The position numbers and the translations under genes are program-made. From NCBI GenBank assembly GCA_964016885.1, contig OZ024746.1:37696001-37760000 (forward strand): a stretch of DNA of 64,000 nt. The letters run 5' to 3'. The DNA is from Eledone cirrhosa. Taxonomy: Eukaryota. The notes below the pieces were generated by a model. It was not told where the DNA came from. It searched no databases and worked only from the letters and a program-made list of their open reading frames with translations. Positions 53,287 to 64,000 of the stretch are shown here, piece after piece. Numbering within the stretch: the stretch's first letter is position 1; each line of letters begins with the position of its first letter.

Positions 53287-53415
53287 ATGTAGGAGGTGAG
53301 TTTTATTGTAGTACAATAAAGCAATGCAGATACCGGATAAGTAGCACACTCTACAGTTTGTAGGACTGGAGTATAAATAATATATAAGATCAAAAGATGA
53401 TTAAACAGTTCCATG

Positions 53416-53486
53416 TATTTTATTATGCGCATTTCAAAAACAGATATCATCATGCGATGAGATTTGCGTTTTCATCAGATAAAATA
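53416..53486 (-). ncRNA. Minimal type I hammerhead in PLE 3' UTR (sense to the ORF)
   Basis: Reverse complement: tattttat-CTGATGA-aaacgcaaatctcat..atgatatctgttttt-GAAA-tgcgca-TA-ataaaata; the mirror copy near 56167-56237 has TTGATGA. Confidence 0.78.
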
Positions 53487-54251
53487 GGGAGACATGATAT
53501 GAAGGTTAAAAAACACTTGTGAATAGTGCAGTTTTAAATCAACATATGGAAAGTACTTTTAGATTGATGTGTGATATTGGGAAAAAAATGAGGGGGGGGG
53601 GTGGAAGGATGAAAAAGAGGAAAAGATGAGAGTAAAGAATGGAGGGGGAGGAGTATAATAAGGAAGGATGAGATAGGAGGAGAGATGGGTGATAGAGAGA
53701 GAGATAGCTTTTATAACTGAGAAAAATATATTGTCTTACAGAGAGAGGTTAAAAAACCGTTGGAAGATAATATATAAATTAAAAGAATTTGAAAATTAAC
53801 GAAGAGAAAAATTTAAGAATAATGTTATATTAAGGTTTGTATATTGAAGGGTTTAATAATATGTGCGATGGAAATAAATTGTTGATATGTATTATTAAAA
53901 ATAAAAATAGTAATGTAATTAAGGTTATATCATGAACAGAAGTAGAAGAGTGGGTGAATTATGAATTTAGAGGAATTTGTTAGTGTTTAAGTATGTTTTT
54001 ATGTAAAGTAATATGTATGTGTAATATATAAATAGTTTGTTTACAAATGAGCAGAAAGCAAGGAAGAAGATAGTGTTTAGGGAGAAGACATTAACATCAA
54101 AATATGTATGTTTATGAAGTATTTCCTAATGGTAATAATATAATGTAATAAAGGAGATTAATTAGGGTTTAAGTTTGTTTTTATGTGTTGTGATGTCTAA
54201 GCTAGACGAGCATGAAAGGGAGAACAAAATAATGAAATGAGGATGAATAAT

Positions 54252-55013
54252 CTAACGTAAAAAAAAAATGTTTATGTTTGCGAATGATTTTTCAGTGCGT
54301 CTATTTATTATAAAATCTAAATTAAATATAATGGTAAATTTCTCACATAAACAGAGATTACATGTCTTGGATAGAGAGGCATTCAAGTATGGAGAGGCAG
54401 AAGAAACCTTCCTCCAAGAGATCTTATAGTTAATATTTTTGTCTTTCAAGGACCATAGGAGTTCTGAGAGAGCTGTGTTGGTTCTTTTAAGTTGGTATTT
54501 AAAAGACGAATGATGATTATAAAGACGAGCTTTAAAGGTGGTGGAAGTGGGGCCAAAATAGGTAAAGGAATAGGTGTCAGTTATAACTTTACATTCATAG
54601 ATTACGTTTTTTTCAAGGCAATGGTTGTTGAGAGGACATTTATTTTTAACAGGGCAATTACAATTGCGTTTAGAGAAATTAACAGAGTTATTAACAAGTG
54701 ACCAAGTGATATCTATAGGAGGAATTGGATTGGAGAAGTTATTTACGATATGAATAATAGTTTCTTGATTTAGATTGGGATTAAGAACATTTAACGAAGT
54801 TGAGTTTGACGTTGTATTTGGGTTTTCAGAAATTAGCCTAGAGTTAACAATGACGTCGGGTGTACTATTACTATTATTATGATATTCAGTGTTGGAAGGA
54901 AGAGATTTAGTATCTAGTATTTTATTGTTGTGTTTAGATATAATCTTGGAGATGTTGGAGGAGGCACTGACTTGTTTTCTCTCTGCTTGCATAAATTCCA
55001 CAGAACATTCCAT
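54252..55013 (-). pseudogene. C-terminal GIY-YIG endonuclease fragment of a Penelope ORF
   Basis: CNCPVKNKCPLNNHCLEKNVIYECKV, YFGPTSTTFKARLYNH, TALSELLWSLK, CNLCLCEK. Confidence 0.85.
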
Positions 55014-57602
55014 AAAGTATACAGCTAATATCTAATACTTTACCAATTTAAAATCATTTTTCTCAAGGGCACACATATATATTTCTTTAATATACCCATC
55101 TTTCTACCTTATTTCAATGTTATTTATTATACATTATATAATACTAGTTACCCATTCTAGATCATTCCTATTTATCACTTCCCTTTCTTCCTTTTTCCTT
55201 TTTTCTTTTAATTCTAACCTCTAATCTGTACATTTTCTTCCTAGATACTTCTCACTTCTCATTATTACTCACCACAATATATCCACTCTTCCTTCTTCCA
55301 TCCTATCACTGGCCATAAAACTTACTATTACCCTTTTCAATATTTTATAGTATCACCTTGAAAAATCCTTCGCAAACATAAACATTATTTTTGACGTTAG
55401 ATTATTCATCCTCAATTCATTATTTTTTTCTCCCGTTCATGCTCGTCTAACTTACACATCGCAACACATAAAAACAAACTTAAACCCTAACTAATCTCCT
55501 TTATTACATTATATTATTACCATTAGGAAATACTTCATAAACATACATATTTTGATGTTAAAGTCTTCTCCTTAAACACTATCTCCTTCTTTGCTTTCTG
55601 CCCTCATTTGTAAACAAACTATTTATATATTACACATACATATTACTTTACATAAAAACATACTTAAACACTAACTAATTCCTCTAAATTCATAATTCAT
55701 CCACTCTTCTACTTCTTTTCACAATATATCCTTAATTACATTACTATTTTTATTTTTAATAATACATATCAACAATTTATTTCCATCGCACATATTATTA
55801 AACCCTTCAATATACAAACCTTAATTTAACATTATTCTTAAATGTTTCTCTTCGTTCATTTTCAAATTCTTTTAATTTATATATTATCCAACGGTTTTTT
55901 AACCTCTCTCTGTAAAACAATATATTTTTCTCAGTTATAAAAGCTATCTCTCTCTCTATCACCGATCTCTCCTCCTATCTCATCCTTCCTTATTATAATC
56001 CTCCCCCTCGATTCTTTACTCTCATCTCCTCCTCTTGTTCATCCTTTCCACCCCACCACCCTCATTTTTTCCCCAATATCACACATCAATCTAAAAGTAC
56101 TTTTCATATGTTGATTTAAAACTGCACTATTCACAAGTGTGTTTTAACCTTCATATCATGTCTCCCTATTTTATTTGATGAAAACGCAAATGTCATCGCA
56201 TAATGATATTTGTTTTTGAAATGCGCATAATAAAATACATGGAACTCTTTTAACCAACTTTTGATCTTATATATATATATATATATATATAAACTCTACT
56301 TTTGAAAGGCAGAAGAACTGCGAAACCGATAAAGGAACCAAATAAATATATTTTTTTAAATAAGACTACAGTTGCATTTTAGATTTCCTCTTTGTTTCTT
56401 TATACTTTCACTCGTGTAGGACACCGGTTATCTTTCATTTTGTAAAAAAAACTTCACTTTCTAATATATATATATATATATCATTTCTGAATTTGTTTAG
56501 CAAGATTCTTTATCTGAAAACGTGTGTTGAAACCGATATTGTTATACTTTGACAATATATGAACAACTGTCCCTTCCCCCCTCTCTCCTTAGTCCTTCTA
56601 CCCCAGCTCTTCTCCTTTGTCGGCGTCTTTTCTCGCCCACCCGAGGCTGCCCTTTGGCCCCTTGTAGCCTTAGTACCCCCACCCCCTCCCCTAGTCTAGG
56701 ATAGATTTGGCGGACTCCGCCCTTTATAGCAGTTGGTTTAGACCCCGGATACTTGTCCCCCTTTTCCGACCGCTCCCACTATTCTCTGTGCCCTCTATAT
56801 TTCTTAGTGGCACTTATGCCTTATTTTTTCGTTTCAGTATTTCTTTCTTCGCTTTTCTTTTGGGCGGGGTGGATTCTGAATCTATTTTTCCGTATTCTAC
56901 CTTTACTTCGTACGAACTTTCATGTAGCTTGTTTTAGATCTTTTAGAGTTAGCATTAGTATATATTTTTCTCGGGACTCAGAATTATTATCTCGTATTAG
57001 TTCACTTTGCTGCACTGGGTGGTTGCTGGAATTGTGCCCGGGATGGAAACCTTTATTGTTTATTTCGTGGTAGTCTCTTTAGTATTTTGGCCCCTTTTGT
57101 TGACCCGTCACCGTATCATTTACGTGCTTATACCTCTTAAAAGGGTCCTCACCTAATCCGTCCCACCTAGTTCTTTTACTTATTTCGTTATTTCTTTATT
57201 TCTTTCTTTACTTCTTTCTTTCTTTATTTATTTATTTATTCTAGCCTAACAATAGCTAGAGACCTAGGTCGTAGAATTTAATTTACTTTACTTTTTTCTT
57301 TACACTCATTTGTTTTTCTTTACACTTATTTGCTTTTCTTCACTCTCAGTATTTTTTCTTTCCTATATATTTCTACCCCCCATTGTTCTACCTACCGTTC
57401 CGACTTCCTCCCCCTCCCCCTCCCATGTATCTTCTTTGACCTCATGCCCAGCTGTAGCTGGCACTACAAACGCCTGATTGGGTCTACTCCACCCCCTCCC
57501 CTCTTTCTCCTACTGGCAGGTTTAGCCACCATCTCCCCTACTACTTTGCAACCACAGAATTAGTGCTGATTTTTGACAATCACTTTGACCATATATGGAA
57601 TT

Positions 57603-57696
57603 ACCCCTTGAGAAGATCGGCTATTTAAATACCAGGATAAATGTTCATTTAGTCCAGAATCAGCCGTCCAAACGGCTTGAGCTCAGCTGTCGGGGT
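57603..57696 (+). ncRNA. Complete family H hammerhead with U3-A8 core (G12 mutated in this copy)
   Basis: acccc-TTGAGAA-gatcggct...agccgtc-[c]AAAC-ggct(tgagctc)agct-GTC-ggggt; other family H copies have GAAAC. Confidence 0.65.
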
Positions 57697-58318
57697 CTTA
57701 CTGGTTCCTATTACCCACTCTACTACCTCAAGTATTGAGTACTTTGGTATATCCAGAATGCACCCATGAAAGCGCACACGCTTAGCTAATGCGCTGTTCC
57801 TATGCGTAAAGACAGGGATATTTTTAATAGAATAGTTTTATTTTTTATTTACATGTATATGTATGTTAAAATGTACGCAGAATTGTTAGCACGATGAAAG
57901 TAAATATAAACATTCATATGTGTATCTCAGATTTTGCCCCGTTCGTGAATATGAGTATTTTGGGTAGGAATATAATATACTTTCTTTTTCAAAATATCTT
58001 AGCCCCCAATTCCTAACAATGAATTAAAATAGAGGCACTAGTCACACCTACAGGACTATTACACATGCACTATATATGCCATGTATTTTGTGCAGTAGAA
58101 AAATGATTTCCAAGTGCATGAACAGCGGCAATCGCTAAATTGAGAATGGAAAACAATTGGTTATCTCAGTAATATAAACATTTTATACATACATATACGT
58201 TTATACATATACGTTTATACATACATTCATACAAACATACATACACACGCATATATATATATATATATTCTTTTTTTTAACGGCTTACTTCTCTGCTTCT
58301 CTTTCATTAATTTCATCG

Positions 58319-58385
<67 letters not shown>

Positions 58386-58523
58386 GAGTTAAAAAAGATT
58401 CAATGAGTATATCAGAGAATGAGTTTTACAGTAGATTGGAAGCACTCTATGAATAATAATTTTCCTGAGATATTAATATTAAAATACAAATATTATTAAA
58501 ATAGATGTTCTTTTGATCAATTA

Positions 58524-58578
58524 CATTTTATTATACATATTTCGGGGGTACAACAGTACATCCTCATCAGACAAAATA
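58524..58578 (-). ncRNA. Minimal hammerhead in a solo pLTR (~58381-58630)
   Basis: Reverse complement: tattttgt-CTGATGA-ggatgtac(tgtt)gtaccccc-GAAA-tatgta-TA-ataaaatg. Confidence 0.75.
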
Positions 58579-58647
58579 TAATGATACATGACATACCCTG
58601 AGATGTTAAATGGTTAAGATTTAATCAAGGTATATATATCTATCTAT

Positions 58648-60780
58648 CTAAGGCGGGTAAAATTCCCGAGATCCATGGACGTGTTCTCTCCAGCGGTCTC
58701 TGTCCCTCATTATCGCTGCCATGTCCTGCGTCTCCAACAGACCAGTGTCTGTCCTTAGGGCATCAACATACGTTAACCTTGGTCTTCCTCTTCTAGTGTG
58801 TCCATGTAGGGGCTCCCAAAGGAGCACTGAGTGCAATATCAACTCTGGATGTCGGTGAGCATGTCCAGCCAACCCCAGTCTCCTCTGTGTCACTTTTAAA
58901 CTGACTTTTGGGATGCTCCCATACAGCTCTGAGTTTTTCATCCTCAGTGTATACTTATTAATGTTCAGAGCCATCCTCAGCATTCTCATGCAGCACCCAT
59001 CCACCATCTGAGTGAGCTTCTTGGTCAGTGTCCAAGTCTCAGACCCATACAGCAGCACAGACTCCACTACAGCAATGAAGAGGCGGATTTTCAGGTCTCT
59101 ACGAAGGTCCGACTTCTACACCGATCTCAAGCTGTGGCACGCCGCCAAGGCCTTGCTCTTCCTCTCAACCACATCATCTTCCGTATTCCCAATCTTTGCT
59201 CCCAAATACAGGAAGTCCTCAACCAATTCCAGCGGCTTCCCGCCTACATTAGTGATCCCCTGTGGCTTCTCAACATTCTCTACCAGATATTTTGTTTTAG
59301 TCTCATTCATTCTCAGCCCCACACTCATCGACACAGTCTCAACCTCCCGCATCAAATCCTCTGCCTCCTTCACTGTATTTGTCACCAAAACTATGTCGTC
59401 GGCAAATTCAGCATCCGATACCTTTTTCGCCCTAACTCTCCTGCTCTGAGCCGGTGCTACAGTAAAGCCAGAGTCCTGGTGTTTCTCCAGTGCAAGGCGC
59501 ATACAATAGTCCACTACGATGATAAAAAGGTAGGGAGCCAATGTATCTCCGTGGAGCACTCCAGCCAGTATCTCAAAGAACTCTGTCATCCCATCAGGTG
59601 TAATGACTTGGGCTTTGGTGTTGGTGTAGAGCAGTGATATCAGGTCCACCATCTTCTTGGGGATTCCATAAGCCTGTAACATCTTCATCAGGCAGTAACG
59701 GTCCACAGAATCAAAGGCCTTCCTAAAGTCACTGAAAACCATGACCGCAGGAAGGCACTTTGCTCTAGCTCCCTCTAATATCCTCCTCAGCATCAGGATG
59801 TGATGGTGGTTGATCTACCCTCTCTGAAGCCGTTCTGGTTGTCGCTGAGCTTCTTCTCCATCTCAGGCTGGATCATGTTAAGAATCATCCTGTTGAGGGT
59901 CTTTGCCCCAAGTGACGTCAGTGAGATCCCCCTGTAGTTGTTGGTGTTATAGAGATCTCCCTTCTTTGACACTGGGACGATGTTACTGATCCTCCACTGA
60001 TTCGGGGCAACTACTTTCTCCAGTGCCCCGTTACAGAGCCCCAGGATGATATCATCAAAATCACACCTCTTCATCACCTCTGATGCCACTCCATCTTCTC
60101 CATGAGCCTTGCCCTCCTTGATACTCTTCTTGGCTCTCTGAAGCTCCTCTCTGGTGAAGGGCTCTGTCTCAACATCCAGTTCCTCAAACAGCCGCCTGAT
60201 CTCTCCAATACTCTGGACTGTGGAGGGTGGCTCTCCTAGTAGGGTCCTAAAATGGTCTAGCCATTTTCTCTTCCTATCCTCGGGCCCCGTTCCCTGGATC
60301 TGACTCGAACACCTTCTCTTGCTCCCTGTGATCTCATTGATGATCATCCAGCTCTCCTTACATCCAGATCTGTCAACTGCTCTCTCCACACTTCTGATCT
60401 TCTCTATCAGTGCCTCCTCTCTGACCTCAGTGTAAGCAGTACAGTGTTATTCCCTCAACACCTCCACAGTCTCCATCCTCTCCTCCGTAGGATCAGCATA
60501 GAATTGGTCCCTGGCAGCTTTCAGGTGTTCTCTGGCTGCACACACTTTTGGGTTTGCAGAGCTGACGTGCTTCCCTTTGTTCTTTTTCCTCGGCACCAGG
60601 GTTTCACTTGCTTCCGGCACTGCATTGGTGAAGTGCCCGTACCTCCTCGTCACACTCTCCTCAGTCCATTCAATCCCTCTCTCCTCTGTCTCTCCACACA
60701 GAGCAGTAAACCTGGTTCTCACTTCCACTGTGAACCTCTCCTGTAGCTTATCATCTTCCTTGAAAGCTCCCCAGTCATAG
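58648..60780 (-). mobile_element. 5'-truncated RTE-clade LINE, frameshifted RT
   Basis: NYRGISL, QNGFREGRS, DFRKAFDS, GVLHGDTLAP, FADD, FLYLG, SVLLYGSETW, GRPRLTY. Confidence 0.9.
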
Positions 60781-62579
60781 ATTGTCGAAACAGTTATTGT
60801 TATACTTGGGGAAGGTCATATTTGCGTAATATTGCCAGAATTAATAACAGAACACACTCACTGTTTGGTTGGTTTTCGCTTCTTGCTGTCTTTTATATCT
60901 GCGATCTAACTTACTCGGTCCTCAATGTTGCCATTGACTGACCGGCGGTCAAAAATAATACAGATACAATATAGACACAAACACATATATATAGTTTATC
61001 ATAAATCTTTCGTTGCACATCTGCAACATCGTCAGTGGTGTTATATTTTCCTCCTGTTGTATTGTATGCCTACGCCATTTTTATTCAGTCTGTCTATATA
61101 TTTATTTATTTATTTGCTTGTTTGTTTATTTTAGTTTGTCTTCTTTGCGCATGCGTTTGCGTCTGTGTATAGTATTTTGTTTGATGTGTGATGGGTGACT
61201 AGTGTGTGTTTATGTGCTTGTGTATGTATTTATTTATTTATTTATTTATTTATTTTATTTTATTTACTCATTTATACTTCTCTTAGGTCAGTGTTGTTTG
61301 ATTGGGTGTTGTTGTTATTCCATTCATTCTTTCTGTTTAGCCTAGGTCTTCTAATATCTATTTCACTGGCCTCTCTGATTTGACTATCTGCTGGGTCATT
61401 TCTATGTTTAGATATTCTAATTTCTATGTTGTCTATGTTACCGTCATGTTGTTGTCTAGCATGTTCGTATAGTACTGACCCGTTTTTTCGTCCTTTTAGT
61501 TCCCCCCAGTGTTGGTCTATCCTTTCACCTATGCTACGAGCTGTCTCACCTATGTATGTTGTTGTCATGTTTCTGCAAGTACCCTCTGTACATCTTATGC
61601 TATAGACTACGTTTCTAGTTTTCCAGTTTATCCGGGGATTCACCTTACATATGATACATTTCCTATTGGTACAGTGGGTTTTCTTAAAAGGGTAGATTTT
61701 GCTGATCAGGGATTTTATGGTGGTTCCTGGCTTTTCTACCACCTTTATGTTTAAGTGGGTCTTTCTCAGGGTCTTTCTACACTGGTTAGCTAATTTCCCT
61801 CCAGGGGTAGCGTCCACAAACATGACACTCTGGTATCTCTGGTTGTCGTACCATGAGGTGGCTTTCCCTATCTTATGTCTAGCCCTATCTAAGCTATTCC
61901 ATGATTTGCTCCTGTATAATGAGCAAATTCCTTTCATGTCTAGTTCTATGAGGGTCTTATACTTTTCCATGGCTCCTTCGTATACTCTGACTCTGTCTCT
62001 TTGGTTGTAGCCAGAGAACTGCATGCGGTTGATGAAGTGTTGGATGTGTCTTTCCATTTCTGTTGGGTCGCACATGCGTGACACTTTCTTCATCACTCGT
62101 ACCAAATCTGTGATCAGAATATTAAACTTAGCACTACTGGACATTGCTGAGTTTTTGAGTATCAGGTATTTGGAGGCCATGGGTTTAGCATAGTGTGAGT
62201 GGAGAATTTGGGCTCTCTCGTCTATAGTGTTAATCCAGAGTTCAGTGTCTAATACAGGTAGTCTATTGTTAGGGTGTTTGGAAGGGAAGTCGATAGTTAC
62301 AGTTATACTCTGGTGTATGGAATTAGCTATCTGCTGGATGCTTTCCATCGTGCTACGTTCTAAATCAAACTTCTTAGTGCTCTCTAGTGGGGGTGTTCTC
62401 ATAACTATATTGATATCGTCTACATAACGAGAGTATAGTTATAAGAACACCCCCACTAGAGAGGACTAACAAGTATAAAAGACACAGAAACGAGAAGCGA
62501 AAACCAACCAAACAGTGAGTGTGTTCTGTTATTAATTCTGGCAATATTACACAAATATGACCCTCCCCAAGTATAACAA

Positions 62580-62582
<3 letters not shown>
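60781..62582 (-). mobile_element. 5'-truncated Naiad-like Penelope element with inverted terminal repeats
   Basis: Inverted repeats ~60796-60895 and ~62474-62580; local fold-back 62380-62463. Confidence 0.8.
61272..62429 (-). pseudogene. PLE RT C-terminal half (starting at RYVDD) + GIY-YIG endonuclease
   Basis: RYVDDINIV read in frame upstream of the called Met; LPVLDTELW, HYAKPMAS, RMQFSGY, MFVDATPGG.L, NVVYSIRC, YIGETARS..ER..QH, LNRKNEW. Confidence 0.85.
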
Positions 62583-62670
<88 letters not shown>

Positions 62671-62689
62671 TATTTTCCGTTGTGTTGTA

Positions 62690-63200
62690 ATATAAATATT
62701 ACACACAGTAGATTATCAGCTCACGTAGAGTTTGCTCGACGGTTCCAGTTGTAGTTCCAAAAGTAATCCGGAGAAAAATAGAAAGATTTGAATGGATACA
62801 GTTTAGTTGAAAGGAATTTATTGACACGTGTTTCTATAACAGTTACATAACCTAAAACAGCTATCTACAAACTTTTAGTTATGCAGACATTCAATATTTC
62901 AATGTTATTATTTACTGTCATTTCATCAGAATAATATTACTGAGGACCTATTTAGTTTTTATAGAGAATATTAGGAGGGAGGGGTGAAGTTGTTAGAAGA
63001 ATAGTTGAAGGAGTGGTTTTTCGATAGCAGTGAGAATTCTTGGTGGCAGTGAGTAATTAGATTCCCATCTGTTGTTTTGACATTTTTTATAGAATATATT
63101 ATTGGTTATTTTTCTAAATCTATAGAAGGATTAGAGATAGTGAAGATATGCGTGGTTGGTTTTGTGTTTGCACTTAATTAACATTCAGACTTAAATTTTT
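62690..63200 (-). pseudogene. Possible very decayed PLE ORF fragment
   Basis: NHAYLHYL* near 63135-63160 resembles the PLE YLHYxSxHP motif; little else. Confidence 0.3.
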
Positions 63201-63264
63201 CTTTCAAGCGTACGTATCCTTTCACCCACGCATTCACACACAAATATATTTGCACACCTCTACA

Positions 63265-63527
63265 AAATACATATACACACAATTCACATATTCATACTTA
63301 CATATATATACACATGCATACACATATATACACACATGCATTTATGTACATACATACGCGCTCATGTGTATACATTTTCATACTCAACTTATCTTTATAT
63401 ACACACGTATAGACACACACATATATACATACATACTCTAGTCCATGTGTACACACATACACATACATACACATCCATATACACATATATACATACACAT
63501 ATATACATACATATATATATATATATA

Positions 63528-63597
<70 letters not shown>

Positions 63598-63745
63598 TAC
63601 ACATACACACACATACACACATATACATATATATATATATATAAGCACTTTAATACATGAATACACTTACATCTAACTATACACATCAAACATATATATA
63701 TATTTACTTATTTATATACATTTTCACATATATATACATACTTAT
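63265..63745. repeat. Compound (TA)n/(CA)n microsatellite, representative of many in the window
   Basis: Direct reading; similar tracts at 6136, 12760, 13860, 31850, 37380, 43430, 50935 and 53050. Confidence 0.95.
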
Positions 63746-64000
63746 GGACGTTTTTAGACACATTCATTATCGCATATTTGTACCTATTCTCATCAGCATA
63801 TCTTTTCATTATTAGTATGGTAATTTAAGGTTATTAATATATGTTGAGAAGAGATTGTTTTTATATTTTTCTAACTAGATTAAGGTTTATATAGTTGGGG
63901 GATGTCCCTCTTTTATGTAATATTCGGCTTGTAGTGGGAAAAAAGGGTTTTAGTTCTGTGACGGCAGAATAATGTTCGTTCAATTCTGTTATTCAGCAGT

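Overview
Eukaryotic, AT-rich, microsatellite-dense intergenic or intronic DNA. I found no convincing host gene. The Nin-domain tRNA-SINE and the (TA)n density suggest an invertebrate, probably an octopod mollusc (inference). The window is dominated by retroelements. (1) R4/Dong-clade RT+RLE LINEs inserted in (TAA)n: one intact 1130-aa copy at 0.2-5.0 kb, and a head-to-tail array of four elements from three families at 15.5-29.7 kb. (2) RTE LINE remnants, one 5'-inverted. (3) A CRE-like RLE LINE fragment. (4) Penelope-like elements (PLE; RT/GIY-YIG, one Naiad-like) with inverted pseudo-LTRs. (5) The most notable feature: many non-coding, near-perfect palindromic elements in (TA)n tracts, most carrying type I hammerhead ribozymes (HHRs) on both strands plus a one-sided tail. 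Several HHRs show a compensatory U3-A8 core (UUGAGAA/UUGAAAA). In one family the fold-back point recurs at ribozyme stem II, and the tails of different families share a GAGTGCT-like motif. All ribozyme calls are by-eye folds, not tested.
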